Both the position numbers and the translations under genes were made by a program. The notes under the pieces were generated by a model that was given only the letters and a program-made list of their open reading frames with translations, had not been told where the DNA came from and made no database searches. A stretch of 63,253 nucleotides of DNA, counting the filler, from Lenisia limosa (taxonomy: Eukaryota > Protista > Breviatea), in the NCBI GenBank assembly GCA_001655205.1. It is 16 parts of 16 records of this genome, joined end to end, with 100 filler letters (N's around TTAATTAATTAA, not from the genome) between each part and the next. Parts side by side here need not be neighbours in the genome. Positions count along the whole stretch, not along the records: positions 23,624 to 30,147 come from LPNZ01008401.1; positions 30,248 to 32,504 come from LPNZ01007391.1; positions 32,605 to 34,312 come from LPNZ01004318.1; positions 34,413 to 35,846 come from LPNZ01001048.1; positions 35,947 to 37,446 come from LPNZ01007246.1; positions 37,547 to 42,898 come from LPNZ01005378.1; 10 more parts are not named here. One strand, written 5' to 3'. Positions 26,211 through 38,454 of this stretch are shown here, piece by piece (within the stretch, counting starts at the first letter, position 1; each line of letters begins with the position of its first letter).

Positions 26211-29200
26211 ATGGATATCCTCTATATTGCCATTGCTGCGGCGATTATTGCCTTTGTTCTGGCGGTGGCACTTGGTGCTAATGATGCAGGTTAGCAACGA
26301 AGTGGTCTCCACTCTCTATATTGGCTAAAGTACCATTAAAAATGGATATGTGCTAATCAGACCAGGAAACAACTTGGGTACTAGTGTCGGTTCTGGCTGT
26401 CTTTCTGTCAAGCAAGCTGTGATTCTTGGAGCTATCTTCGAGTTCGCTGGAGCTGTTGCTCTCGGTGCACCTCTCGTAATAACGCTACGGTGAGTGTGAA
26501 GAGGAGAACTTTTCAGCTCCCCGTCGGACATAGACAGCTTCTCCATTGTTCCATTGCATTTCCATTGCATTCCTAACTAGACTCTAGTGAAGAGATCATC
26601 AACCCTGAAGAGTACCATGAAGACTATCTTGAACTTGCTTTCGGCTTTACATGTGCCATGATTGGCTCCTTCATTCTTGTTGGCTGGCGTTGGTATTGCC
26701 GTTTTGCTCTGACCATGCTATCCCCTTTTTACGGTTATCATCCCCACCCACTTTAGTCTTTCCTCGCTCAAACTTACAATTGTAGTTGACTGGAGCTACG
26801 ATCTTCAAGCTTCCAGTATCATCTGCCCATTCTCTGACCGGTGGTATTGTTGGCTTTGCTCTGTGAGGGGGGGGGGGGNNNNNNNNNNNNNNNNNNNNNN
26901 NNNNNNNNNNNNNNNNNNNNNNNNNNNNNNNNNNNNNNNNNNNNNNNNNNNNNNNNNNNNNNNNNNNNNNNNNNNNNNNNNNNNNNNNNNNNNNNNNNNN
27001 NNNNNNNNNNNNNNNNNNNNNNNNNNNNNNNNNNNNNNNNNNNNNNNNNNNNNNNNNNNNNNNNNNNNNNNNNNNNNNNNNNNNNNNNNNNNNNNNNNNN
27101 NNNNNNNNNNNNNNNTCATTGCCTCTTGGATTATCTCTCCCATTCTTGGAGCTATTGGAGGGTGGGTGAACAAACTATCACAGGAAAACTCTTAATGTAA
27201 TAGCTTCCTTCTCTACGGACTCATTGTGAAGACAGTTTCAGCCTCTAAGAAGCCTGTCAGAAAGTCAGTGTCACACTTGCTCTCATCACAAAATCTCATC
27301 ATTGCTGTATCATAATTGTTGTTTTTGATGAATAAACCGCTATCGTGATATTTACTGTCTTATGTTTTAGTGCTCTTGTCTCCATGCCAATTTGGTATGG
27401 TATTACTGTAAGGGGGGGGGGGGANNNNNNNNNNNNNNNNNNNNNNNNNNNNNNNNNNNNNNNNNNNNNNNNNNNNNNNNNNNNNNNNNNNNNNNNNNNN
27501 NNNNNNNNNNNNNNNNNNNNNNNNNNNNNNNNNNNNNNNNNNNNNNNNNNNNNNNNNNNNNNNNTATGTTCCAGGTCGGTATCATGAGCGTGTTTCTGAT
27601 CCTCAAGGGTGCTAAGGGTCTTGGGTAATTGGGATAAAGGCTGGCTTGGGCTGTGTGTTTGTGTTTGTGTCAACTGGGTTTTGTAGTTTTAAAGTGTATT
27701 GCTCGTGTTTGTTGTTGCTTGTGCTTTGTTTGGGTTTCAGTTTTTTTTATCATGATTATTTCGCCGCGAATATTCTTCATCGAAATTTTGTTCGTTTTAC
27801 CCCCCCCCCCCNNNNNNNNNNNNNNNNNNNNNNNNNNNNNNNNNNNNNNNNNNNNNNNNNNNNNNNNNNNNNNNNNNNNNNNNNNNNNNNNNNNNNNNNN
27901 NNNNNNNNNNNNNNNNNCACCACCCTTGTTGTCAGGTTCACCCTTGTTCCCAAGTATGCAACTTGGTTGATTAGCTGCTTCCTCACAATTCTGGTGCTCT
28001 CTCTTATACAAACAGGTACAGACGCCAGTTCGAATCTGAAGACGCAAGCCCCACCTCTGAAGAGGTTTGCACCGATTTTACTCCATCAAAATTTTTCATA
28101 AACTATTGTTATTATGATTCTCCTTCTTGTTTTAAGATCATTATGCATTGTTAACCTTATTTGGGCTCCCAGTACTATTAAAGCATTACCTTCTAGGCTA
28201 CCTTGAATGATGGTGGTGCTCAACTCCGTGAAATCCAACCCGAGTCTGTGACAGAGTCCCCCGAGCCTGAAGGTTAGGGGTCACTTCAGCCACCGAGAGA
28301 TGGTGTTTGGCCTTTTACATTTTCGTATTAACCCTTCAGAAGAGACTGTCAAGGCTGAAGAGGTTGAAATTGAAGAGAAGGTGAGCACTCAAACTTGCCC
28401 TCCTTTTTGTTTCTGGAGATTGTGTGAGTTTTTTTTTTTTTGGCAGCATTTCTTCTTCCTGCAAGCACACTGAACTAGTCAAAACAATGACATTTTAGAA
28501 TGAACCCAAGCAGTCTGAAACAACTACAAAAGATAAGGATGAAGAAATTGCTGAAGAGAAGTCAGAAGAAAAGGGTGAGAAGATTGAAGGAAAGGCCGAG
28601 GAAGAGAAGACTGATGAGGAAGAGAAGAAGATCACCCCCAAGCCCAAAACCCCCGTCAATACTCTTTCTATTGAGATCCCTCAGACTGAAGAAGAGCGCA
28701 AGCTCAAGCAGGTTGGATTGGTTCTTTTCTTTCGATGACAAGTAATGATATGTATATATATGATATTGTATTCTACATGCAATAGTAGTAGTGATTACTA
28801 GTATTACATAATATATCAATTATATGATATATTACAGTAGAGTTAATTTCCTCCTCTTCACAAGCATTTACAAGTGCAAATAATCATTTTAATTGTTTTT
28901 GTGCTTATTTATTAGTCTGAGAGAGTGTTCATCCCCCTTCTTGTTTTGACTGCCATTTGCCTTTGCTTCGCCCATGGAGGTTGGTGTGTTTTATTTCAAA
29001 ACAAGTAATATTCAACTGCATTGGTTCTGTTTGTTTTTTTTGCTCAGATACTTACACCGAATCAGCTGGTAACAACGGTAACTGCATTGGTCCCTTCGAC
29101 TCTGTTATGGTCATCCGTGATACTGACACTCTCGAAACAGGTAAGTTGTGTTTTTGTCCTCTTTCAGAAAGACATTTTATCTTACTTATATAATAGTATA

Positions 29201-29872
29201 AAGACATATAGGCAGCTGATCATCTGACCTTTCAGGGGAAGATGGCCCCGACCCGGAGCTCTGGATTTTGGCCTATGGTGGTTTCGGTATTGCTGTTGGA
29301 CTAATTTTGTTCGGCAAGGCTGTGATGGAGACTATTGGTACCCGCATTGTCCAGTAAGAGGATGTTTCTAACTGTTGCTCCAGAAAGTAGTGATTTTACC
29401 TAAATGGAACCAACCTTTCACAATTTCAAGCTAACCTGATTCTAGGATTACTTTCTCAAAGGGATTCGCAGCCCAGCTCTCAAGTACCATCGTTGTTCTT
29501 GTTGCTGCCTTCCTCGGTATCCCCACCTCAACCACTCATGGTACACAGGGTCATTTTTACCCCGTTTGGATGTGCACCATCATTTTTGCCTCTGTTCAAA
29601 TTCGAATTACTTGTTCCAGTTGCCTGCTCTGCTGTTGTTGGTGTAGGCCTTGTCAGAGATAGCAAGTCCATGAACACCGCTATTCTTAAGAGAATTGGCC
29701 TCTCATGGGTGACCACCCTGCCTTCTGCTGCTATCGGTTGGAAATCTAACAAACTCTTACAAGGAATAGAAATTCTGTATGACCTTTGTGTCCCTCACTT
29801 CTTTTTTGTGGTTCTTACTACTTTTCAGTGTCAATGGTGACCTTCCTTGTTCTCCGGCCACTTGTCCTCTAA
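26211..29872 (+). CDS. PiT/PHO4 (SLC20) family inorganic phosphate transporter
   Basis: MDILYIAIAAAIIAFVLAVALGANDA|GNNLGTSVGSG...AIFEFAGAV, WIISPILG, an acidic central loop, TAICLCFAHG, and VGVGLV...IGLSWVTTLP. Stop TAA 29870-29872. Confidence 0.95.
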
Positions 29873-30259
29873 TTCTGCATATTGTGCATCTTGAGCTGGC
29901 CGCACTTGATGCAATAACCCCTGTAAATGGTTGTGTGAATCTCATAAGGAATAATATACTTTTTTTTTTGAATGTCCACAACTTATGAACTGTTGAAAAC
30001 TACGCATTCAGTCATTCACTACTCAAGAAACTCGTCGACCTAAATGACAGTTAAAAGGCATTTGAAGCAGTTTAGTCATCATATTTTATTTTATCAAAAT
30101 ATTTATTATTAGATATTACTCCGTGATTTATCAGTTACAAAAGCAGANNNNNNNNNNNNNNNNNNNNNNNNNNNNNNNNNNNNNNNNNNNNTTAATTAAT
30201 TAANNNNNNNNNNNNNNNNNNNNNNNNNNNNNNNNNNNNNNNNNNNNTATATTATTGTG

Positions 30260-30385
30260 TATAATAACAATAATAACAATAATAACAATAATAACAATAA
30301 TAATAATAATAACAATAACAATAATAATAACAATAATAACAATACAAAAATAAAAGCATAATAATAATAATAATAACAATAATAC
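30260..30385. repeat. (AAT/AAC)n microsatellite
   Basis: Imperfect trinucleotide tract at the scaffold end. Confidence 0.9.
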
Positions 30386-30427
30386 AAACAATAAAAAGTA
30401 CTCTCTCCCCTCCCACCACAGCAATAC

Positions 30428-32295
30428 ATCCTGCACGGCAACGCTCCACCACAGAGCCCAGTTTGGCCTGGAANNNNNNNNNNNNNNNNNNNNNNNNNNN
30501 NNNNNNNNNNNNNNNNNNNNNNNNNNNNNNNNNNNNNNNNNNNNNNNNNNNNNNNNNNNNNNNNNNNNNNNNNNNNNNNNNNNNNNNNNNNNNNNNNNNN
30601 NNNNNNNNNNNCACTTCTTCAGGGCTAAAGTTACCCCCGACATCGAAGGTTTCCCAGGTGCTCTCCAGTTTTTGGCTTGATTTCTCCAGGCCTGGGTTGG
30701 TGAGATGTGGAGTGAATATAGAATTGGGAGTAGCAAGAGATATTGATCTTCAAGCCATATTTGTGTTTTGTCAGTGTGATACAGCTCCCAATATATATAT
30801 ATATATGCATATATAGCAATGAGAAACCACAAGGTTGTATCTGGCCGAAGCCGTCNNNNNNNNNNNNNNNNNNNNNNNNNNNNNNNNNNNNNNNNNNNNN
30901 NNNNNNNNNNNNNNNNNNNNNNNNNNNNNNNNNNNNNNNNNATATAACTAAGAGATACCCCCTCTCACCTGACACAACATCATCAGCAAAGGACTTAAGG
31001 AGGGTCAGTCGCTGGTTTTGGGCCGCAGTGTGGGCGGCTGCAAACATCTGGAGTATGACAAACTTGTGAAAAATAAAAAAACAAAAAAAATTCTTTAATA
31101 GATAAGTATGTTACACCATTTAATAATATAAATATAAAAAACATCTCGGACCGTAATTTGGTTGTGCGTGGATGTGAGGGCAGCCAAGTCGCCGACAGAT
31201 TGAAGTGTGTTACCCAGAGCCAGCTTTCCTAAAGCGGTAAGTGTTACCTTATATATAAGGAATCGAAGAGGTCGCCTTTTAGGAAGTTTGAAAGATAAAT
31301 ATAATCGGACAGACAGACAGCTTTCCTGCCTTAGAAAGAAGATTCAAGAAATATTTGTATTTTCTTAATAGTAGCCATGAATTCTTCTTAAATTGCAACA
31401 AAAGCTTCACTTCGGTTTGAAACAGACCATTTAAATATCGATAATTTTCGAAGATTTATCGAAAAGCCCAGTATTTTTTCGAACCGAAGTGAAGACATAG
31501 CGGCAACAATACCCCCACCCACCTTGACACCATTCTTCATTATAGAGGTCTGTGAGAGTTTGCACGCCGAATTCTAACTGATCCAAGGCCTGCGGGGGGG
31601 GGGGGGNNNNNNNNNNNNNNNNNNNNNNNNNNNNNNNNNNNNNNNNNNNNNNNNNNNNNNNNNNNNNNNNNNNNNNNNNNNNNNNNNNNNNNNNNNAAGG
31701 TAACTATGATGCTGATGTAACCGTCTTAATATATTCGAGTTGTATTGTGTGGGGAAGAAGAATATTGTAAAGAAAATAGTTTTAATAAGAAAAAACTGTT
31801 CCAGAATGGTATTTCGCTTGAAAGCAGGGTGTCAATCCAGAAAACTGTCACGGACATCCGAGTCAGTTTATGGGTTGGCACTCTGCTTTAAGTGAGCGAA
31901 TATAGCATGGACATGCTTTGTTCATCTTTGAGGGTATTTGTTTTGCTGTTGTGATATATGGAAGGGGAAATGAAGAAGAACAAACTGTTCCAGAATTGGT
32001 TCTCAGCAAAACTAATGGTCTCGCATTAGGTGAGCGAATATAGCATGGACACGCTTTGTTCATCTTTGAGGGTATTTTCTTTGTTGTCAACCCCCCTCAC
32101 GGCAGGTAGTTTCGCTTCGGCAGTCTGAATGTGACGATCCACTCTGGGAGAGTAAAATCGGAAAATTTACGAAACATAGAAAGAGCCCAAAAATATTGGA
32201 GGAGTGAATACACCCCCCGGTACCGTGAAGAATGCTGTGCCAGTTGGGACAGTCGGCAGTGTACAAGGTCAGACTCGGCTCGGCCGGCGCGGGGT
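30428..32295 (-). CDS. Hypothetical protein fragment
   Basis: Exons DPAPAEPSLTLYTADCPNWHSILH|EWIVTFRLPKRNYLP, ALDQLEFGVQTLTDLYNEEWCQ, VTLTALGKLALGNTLQ...NQIT|MFAAAHTAAQNQRLTLLKSFADDVVS with GT-AG boundaries. Confidence 0.55.
31400..31499. mobile_element. Family B MITE (decayed)
   Basis: TIRs plus TATCGA core; flanks ATTGCAAC / GCGGCAAC (5/8). Confidence 0.8.
31794..32088. repeat. Imperfect intronic duplication
   Basis: GTGAGCGAATATAGCATGGACA.GCTTTGTTCATCTTTGAGGGTATTT at ~31892 and ~32030; AAACTGTTCCAGAAT at ~31794 and ~31982. Confidence 0.85.
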
Positions 32296-32604
32296 CTGGT
32301 GGGAGTAAAATTGGAAAATTTATGCAACAAACAAAAAGAAATGTCAATATACATATAGTATATCATATACAATCATATATTATTATAAACAAATATCATA
32401 TCAAATGCATATTATGTACACGCACGCAGAAAGCTGTGTGCACAGAGTTGTTTGTAAGACAAGTGATTGGGTAAATGAATATTATACATAATTCAATATC
32501 TCTTNNNNNNNNNNNNNNNNNNNNNNNNNNNNNNNNNNNNNNNNNNNNTTAATTAATTAANNNNNNNNNNNNNNNNNNNNNNNNNNNNNNNNNNNNNNNN
32601 NNNN

Positions 32605-34276
32605 CCTAACCCGCCTCCCGCTCCGAAAATGATTGCTTCGCCCACTCCGCTGTCCGCTCCAGTAGGAGTGCAAACTACCCCTTCACAAGCCGCTGCGGCT
32701 CCAATGGTCAAGTCCCCCCCTGGTTTGTTTATGTTCGGTTATCTTTCCATGGAGGTACCATAAGACCAGGGATGGTGATCTGACCATCACCCTAGCTAGC
32801 TATCTTTTCATATACTTTTCCAATTCTCAAAAAATAACAAACAACATGATCTTTCTGTCTCTTATTTAGAGGACTCCATGCAATTGAGAAATGTTCTGTA
32901 AAATATGAAGTGATATCGATAGATGGTATCTCAGAATAGCCTTAAACAAGTACTATATATCATTTACATAAATCCTAAACTTCAAACAAAGCCCATAGTC
33001 TCAACTAACATCCCATCTCTTCATTATTCCACTACAACCAAAAAAACCCCTAATTTTTCTGTTTTAGAGATAAGCTGAATTTAATATTCATCATTAAAAT
33101 GTCTTCAAGATCAGTCAACGGAGTTGATTTTGAGTTTTTTTTTATTATGATTGGTTTTTTTTTTTTTTTCTCAATAATTTTCCATTTTTACTCCCCCAGG
33201 AGGCTGCAATTTGTCCCAAATCAGCAACTTCATCACCGAATCCCCCCAACAACCCACACCAAGCCAAGCTGAGGTTATAGTCCTTGATGAATCCCCACTG
33301 CCGCCACCAAAGCCCCCAACGCTCTCATCAGTTCCCCCTGTAACAACGCCCGAAACTCCTAATGCGCTCTCTCTCATCCCCCTCGACCCCGCGCCCCCTT
33401 CGAAAAAGAACATTTTGTCCGAAGATGACCCGTTTGTATCGAGTTTAGCCGACTTCAATAAGGCTTCAGTCGTGATTACGTCGCAATTCACACCAAAGAG
33501 CCTTCCTGGAAGTATGCATCTTCAGTATTCTAAGTCTTGACCGATTTTCTTTGGGAAATTATTGAACAAATCGGTCAAGACTTATCTCGGTTACTGTATA
33601 TTAATAGTAAAACTCGGTTAGTGTATAATTATTATAACTATTATTGTTTTACAATGCTATCATATGATATGGCATATCTAACGAGTCATCTCTCACCACC
33701 CCTATCAAGTACCCAAAATTCACGTTTTCAGTTTCGGGCATTCCCCCAATCACGTCATCTCTCCTCAAACCTGCGCCTCTCACGTCCACGTCACTCTCAG
33801 CGCCCAATGGCACGCAGCCGCCCGTTATCCCGTCCTTGGTCACGCATCCCCCCATCAACATCAGTGACCCGCCCGTCTTCACACCAGCCTTCCCGCCCAA
33901 GCTTTCTGACAAACCGTCTGGTCTGAACGGCAAAATCGAGCCAATTCTCGCGATTAAAACTGAGGCACGTTCTGGGTGTGGGAATGCTAGTAAACTTGGT
34001 TGTCAACAGGAGAACAAAATGGAGGTGAAATCCGACGGCAATGAGCATGACGTTGAGACACAAGTGAAAAACGAGGAGTCAGCTGATATTAAAACTGAAA
34101 TTAAAACTGAAATTAAAACTGAAATTAAAACTGAAATTAAAATCGAGGTCAAACCAGAGTGTTTGGAGAGCCTGATTCCAGGCGTGGCTAATAGGGAATT
34201 AAAGAGAACCATTGAACAAAAGCCCCTTCTCTCTGCGTCGCCCCCATTTGAGGAAGATTCCGTGCCCGTTTTACAA
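32605..34276 (+). CDS. Pro-rich disordered protein fragment with an IKTE repeat array
   Basis: Exons ~32605-32720, 33200-33511 and ~33731-34276; ORFs 33211 and 33836 of the track. 12-bp repeat ATTAAAACTGAA x4 at 34088-34135. Confidence 0.6.
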
Positions 34277-34555
34277 GTGAGTTTTGAAATGTATCAGTTT
34301 ATTTGGGTTTTTNNNNNNNNNNNNNNNNNNNNNNNNNNNNNNNNNNNNNNNNNNNNTTAATTAATTAANNNNNNNNNNNNNNNNNNNNNNNNNNNNNNNN
34401 NNNNNNNNNNNNCCCCCCCCCCCCCCCATTACCATTCTTTACTATTGTTTTGTTGCTCTCAACCCTCTTGTGCTAGGCAACAGAGTTGATTTTGGGCCTT
34501 TGTTTAATAAATTTACCCACCCCCCTTGCTACCCCTCGTTCACAACCCGACCCAC

Positions 34556-35817
34556 CTTATTCAGTGCCACAGGCGCAGTAGACAGGGCAGCCACGGTAGC
34601 CATAGTAATGACGGCGCAATTTGGCTCGATAGTCTCAAGAAGAGAAGCCGTCTGCGTCACGGTTTCGCCGACTGCATGGGTAAATTTTAAGGTGGCTAAG
34701 GACTGCATACAAAGTTAGACCCTCATATTTAAAAACTCCTCCATGCTCCCTTTTATATACACTGTATCGTTTGATAGCAAAACTGTTGGCTACTACACCC
34801 CATGTGCCTGGTAGGTCACCCCTATAATTAATTTCTCTTTCAATTCAATATCCCTCATAAGCGTGATGGTGTGGACAGCTTCGGCCAGATACAACCTTGT
34901 TTTTTTTTTAATTATGTTATTTCTCATTGTTAAAATGTATTACACTGAATTCCCATAAATTTCTTTCCACCCTCCCTCTAATACCAATATAAAACTGCAT
35001 CCCCTCTAACCCCACCCCTCTTCAATATTATCATAGAGTTAGACTTAACATGGGAACGGGAAGATGGCGGAAAGAGAGAACAGAAAAAAGAATAAAGAAG
35101 ATATAGAGGTAAAGCACAAATCAAGCTACCTTCTCCCTTCCAACCAAGAGTGAAGTGAAACGTGTGCTTGCCAAGAATACCACCCAGGACAAAGCCGCTA
35201 AAGTGTAACAGCTAGCAATCAATCCACAATCATGTCATAAATCTTGCCATATATTTATCACGTATAGCTCATATGAAGAAGGGATCAACAGCTTGAGCTT
35301 TTTTTGTTTCATAGATTTTCCAATTTTACTCCCCATCGTCCTACCTGTGGACAGCAATGGAGATGGTGAGGGGCGAGTGGGCCGCCAAGGCAGGGCACGA
35401 CGCCTGGACAAACTGAACCGCTTCACAGGCGAACAGAGCCATTCGCTCAGCGTGTTGCAGGTCTTTATTAGGACAATTCTGGGGAGTGAGCCACAAAATA
35501 TTGTTAATCATACATCCTCTCCACTATCATAGCAAGGGTTTCCCTACGGTCCCAAAAAGTCCGATAAAATATCGATATTTATCGAGGATTTATCGAGAAA
35601 TTCAGTCTTTTTTTGGACCGAAGTAAAGCCCTAATCATATACCCCTTGCCCACGGTGCACGCCATGTAGGAATGGCCGACAGTTTCGACCTTGAACACGC
35701 CAAGACGCAAACAAAGGTCGTCAAGCAGCTCGAAGACGTGGTTTATGACGGACATTGTAGCGTCGGCTGTCAGGTCACTTGACACAGCAGTGAAGTTGTT
35801 GATGACCGCAAAGGCAA
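34556..35817 (-). CDS. Class III adenylate/guanylate cyclase domain with degenerate catalytic residues (fragment)
   Basis: AFAVINNFT...LLDDLCLRLGVFKVETVGHSYMACT|NCPNKDLQHAERMALFA...ISIAVH|SGFVLGGILGKHTFHFTL|VGETVTQTASLLE follows the cyclase fold motifs in order. Confidence 0.85.
35534..35633. mobile_element. Family B MITE
   Basis: TIRs plus core; flanks ATCATAGC / ATCATATA (6/8); in a cyclase intron. Confidence 0.85.
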
Positions 35818-36080
35818 CTGCGGGGGAGGGGGGGGGGTAAATTGGGNNNNNNNNNNNNNNNNNNNNNNNNNNNNNNNNNNNNNNNNNNNNTTAATTAATT
35901 AANNNNNNNNNNNNNNNNNNNNNNNNNNNNNNNNNNNNNNNNNNNNTTTATGCATGTCCACGGTTTCCGCTATATATAATAGTATATCCGACTTCAAATT
36001 GTATTAAGTTTTCAATTAAACCTAAGTAATTATAAAATCTGATGGAAGCACCACACCAGTGTTAGCGATGATGCCAGCAT

Positions 36081-36184
36081 TAGAGCTTCACTCTCGGTTC
36101 CGAAACAGCTGTATAATATCGGTATTTATCGAGGATTTATCGAGAATTCAGTCTTCTTTTTTTGGAACCGAAAGTGCAGCTCAA
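36081..36184. mobile_element. Family B MITE with perfect 8-bp TSD
   Basis: TAGAGCTTCAC...GCAGCTCAA flanked by GCCAGCAT at 36073-36080 and 36185-36192. Confidence 0.9.
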
Positions 36185-36305
36185 GCCAGCATCCACCTTC
36201 GATATTCAGCCAACTTATGAGATTCAAGTAAAATATCGCTATTTATTTTATCGAGGATTTATCGTTTAAGCGGATGTGAAGCCCCCCTAATTGTCACGTT
36301 TTCAG

Positions 36306-37446
36306 GGTGCCTTGGCGTTCCTTGCCTTCCCGACTCAAAAGACCGTGAGCATATCTGATATTGGTGCCGTCATAGCGTCGCACCATTTCTCGGTGAGCTT
36401 TTTCAAAAAACAAATGTATTGAATAAAAGACAAGGGAAACAAATACACATATTTGGATCATATGTCAGGGGGAAGCGTGGTATGTGTGAGAGCAAAAATA
36501 TGTACTTGTACGCAGTACGTTGTTCTACATTTAATCATAGAACAAATTACCCAATTCCGTGCTTCATAGCTTCACATCGCTTCTGGGTGAGTGTTTTCTT
36601 GGTTTTTTTCTTTTTTGTTATTTGATTCAAATTACTTCACCGTTTTTTCTTGTTTATTTCACCTCACCCCACGCCCCACTTTTTTTTTTTTTGAAGTATT
36701 ACTATTTGTCCTTTGTTTCTCTGTTTTCTCCACTGCTCCTCGAAAACTATCAATATTTTCCGGGTATTTTTTGAACCGAAGTGAAAAGCTACTCTCACAA
36801 TTTTTCCGTCGTTTCAATTTGAAACCCCCACCCCTTTTGTTAATATGGGCTTTTTCGAACCTCAGCTAACAGAGTTATTTTGAGCTTTATTTTGTTTCAT
36901 CCATTTTCCCAGGCCACGATCACGGGCATGGATGTTTGTGACAGCGGGAGGCGACTCACGGCCGTTCTTTCAAGCCACGTTGCAGCCTCGTTTGAAGTAG
37001 GCGGTTTCGAGGGTCAAATATTTGGGTTTGTTTGTTTTAATTTGGAGAATAATGAATGTAAAGCCACATTAGGATCGTTCAGATCTCACGGATTATATAC
37101 TGATATGTGTGGAAAAATCATATTCTTCTAAAGCAAGGTGATAATTCAAAAAATTGTCACGGATGCTGTCAGAACGGCTTCTTTGAAACGAATTACTTTT
37201 TTTGTTGATAACTACCTGTTACTTCATTTTGGAAGACTCCAAGCTTTGGCGTCAAATCAATCACATTCAAAATGCGCCATTCTTAGGGAAAATTGAATTT
37301 TCTGAATTACCACCCTGCTTTAAAGAACCTAAAACCATATTCTGATCTTTCAGATCTCTTGGCCCGGAGAGCCAGTATCAATTCTAGCCCCCCCGGACGG
37401 CTACGAGTTTACCACCCATGTCCGGTCGCGGGACGGGCCAAAATCC
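36306..37446 (+). CDS. Hypothetical protein fragment (possibly beta-propeller-like)
   Basis: GALAFLAFPTQKTVSISDIGAVIASHHFS|ATITGMDVCDSGRRLTAVLSSHVAASFE and a further GC-rich exon at ~37354-37446. Confidence 0.45.
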
Positions 37447-37568
37447 NNNNNNNNNNNNNNNNNNNNNNNNNNNNNNNNNNNNNNNNNNNNTTAATTAATT
37501 AANNNNNNNNNNNNNNNNNNNNNNNNNNNNNNNNNNNNNNNNNNNNCCCCCATGACCCCTTATCCAAG

Positions 37569-37970
37569 ACCGGGTAACTCAAACTTTTCAGAGTTTCATC
37601 AACACTGACATTTTCAGGGCAGAGGAAAGCGACCTTGACAAGCTGACTACGCCACGTGATAAGATTTGCGCCATGCTTGGCGTGGACCCCCCGAAAGTAC
37701 GTGGGGGTTTTGGTAGTCTATCATGACATCTTCCTGTTTTGTTGGACCCACCCTGAAGAGTTATCGGTTACGATATAGGTGATTGTTCACAAGACGGGAG
37801 CCAAAACGAAGGCAGTAGCCAAGTCTGCCGATACCGGTACTTATGCTGGTTGGGGGGGGGGGTATTTTGNNNNNNNNNNNNNNNNNNNNNNNNNNNNNNN
37901 NNNNNNNNNNNNNNNNNNNNNNNNNNNNNNNNNNNGTTTGACAGGCGTATCGATAGAAATTCGATCATAA
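37569..37970 (+). CDS. Hypothetical protein, 3' end
   Basis: RVTQTFQSFINTDIFRAEE...GVDPPK|VIVHKTGAKTKAVAKSADTGTYA|GVSIEIRS-stop with compatible phases. Confidence 0.5.
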
Positions 37971-38454
37971 CATTTACCATAAAAGATATTATCTTCCCAT
38001 TCTATTGAGAAGGCTTCTTCGACTACCTCATATACGTTTACCTATTTCGGACCTTGACTTCTTCAGATCTTGTTCGCGATTCTTATTTCTAGACTTCTTG
38101 TTGTATTTTTTTGTGTATTTAAGGTACCATGTAGTTCGTTCTGATGTCAAGGCATGTTTTACGTATCTGTTTTGCATACCAACAGCCACCTTGTGCTTCA
38201 ACTAAATAATTCCGGAAACAACACACATTCACACGATTTACACAAACTATACCTACTAAAAATCTAATTGAAAACAACTAAGCAATACCATTCTTATGTT
38301 TTTCTATTTTTCCTCTGTGGAACCTGCGAAGTTAGAGAGAAACCCAGGCTTACCACTATTTTGACATTATCCATGATTGACACATCTGAAGTGTTTACAA
38401 CATTAAAATTGTATGGTGGGGAAAATTCACATCTCATCCTATTCTTCGTCTACC

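Noticed and set aside
5006-29872. Alternative genetic code
   Set aside because: TAG (NMD3) and TAA (PiT) end genes where homologues end, TGA appears to end the first secreted gene, and conserved exons need no readthrough.
30196-30614. Poly-Leu, poly-Ile and Tyr/Cys-rich ORFs
   Set aside because: Translations of the (AAT/AAC)n microsatellite.
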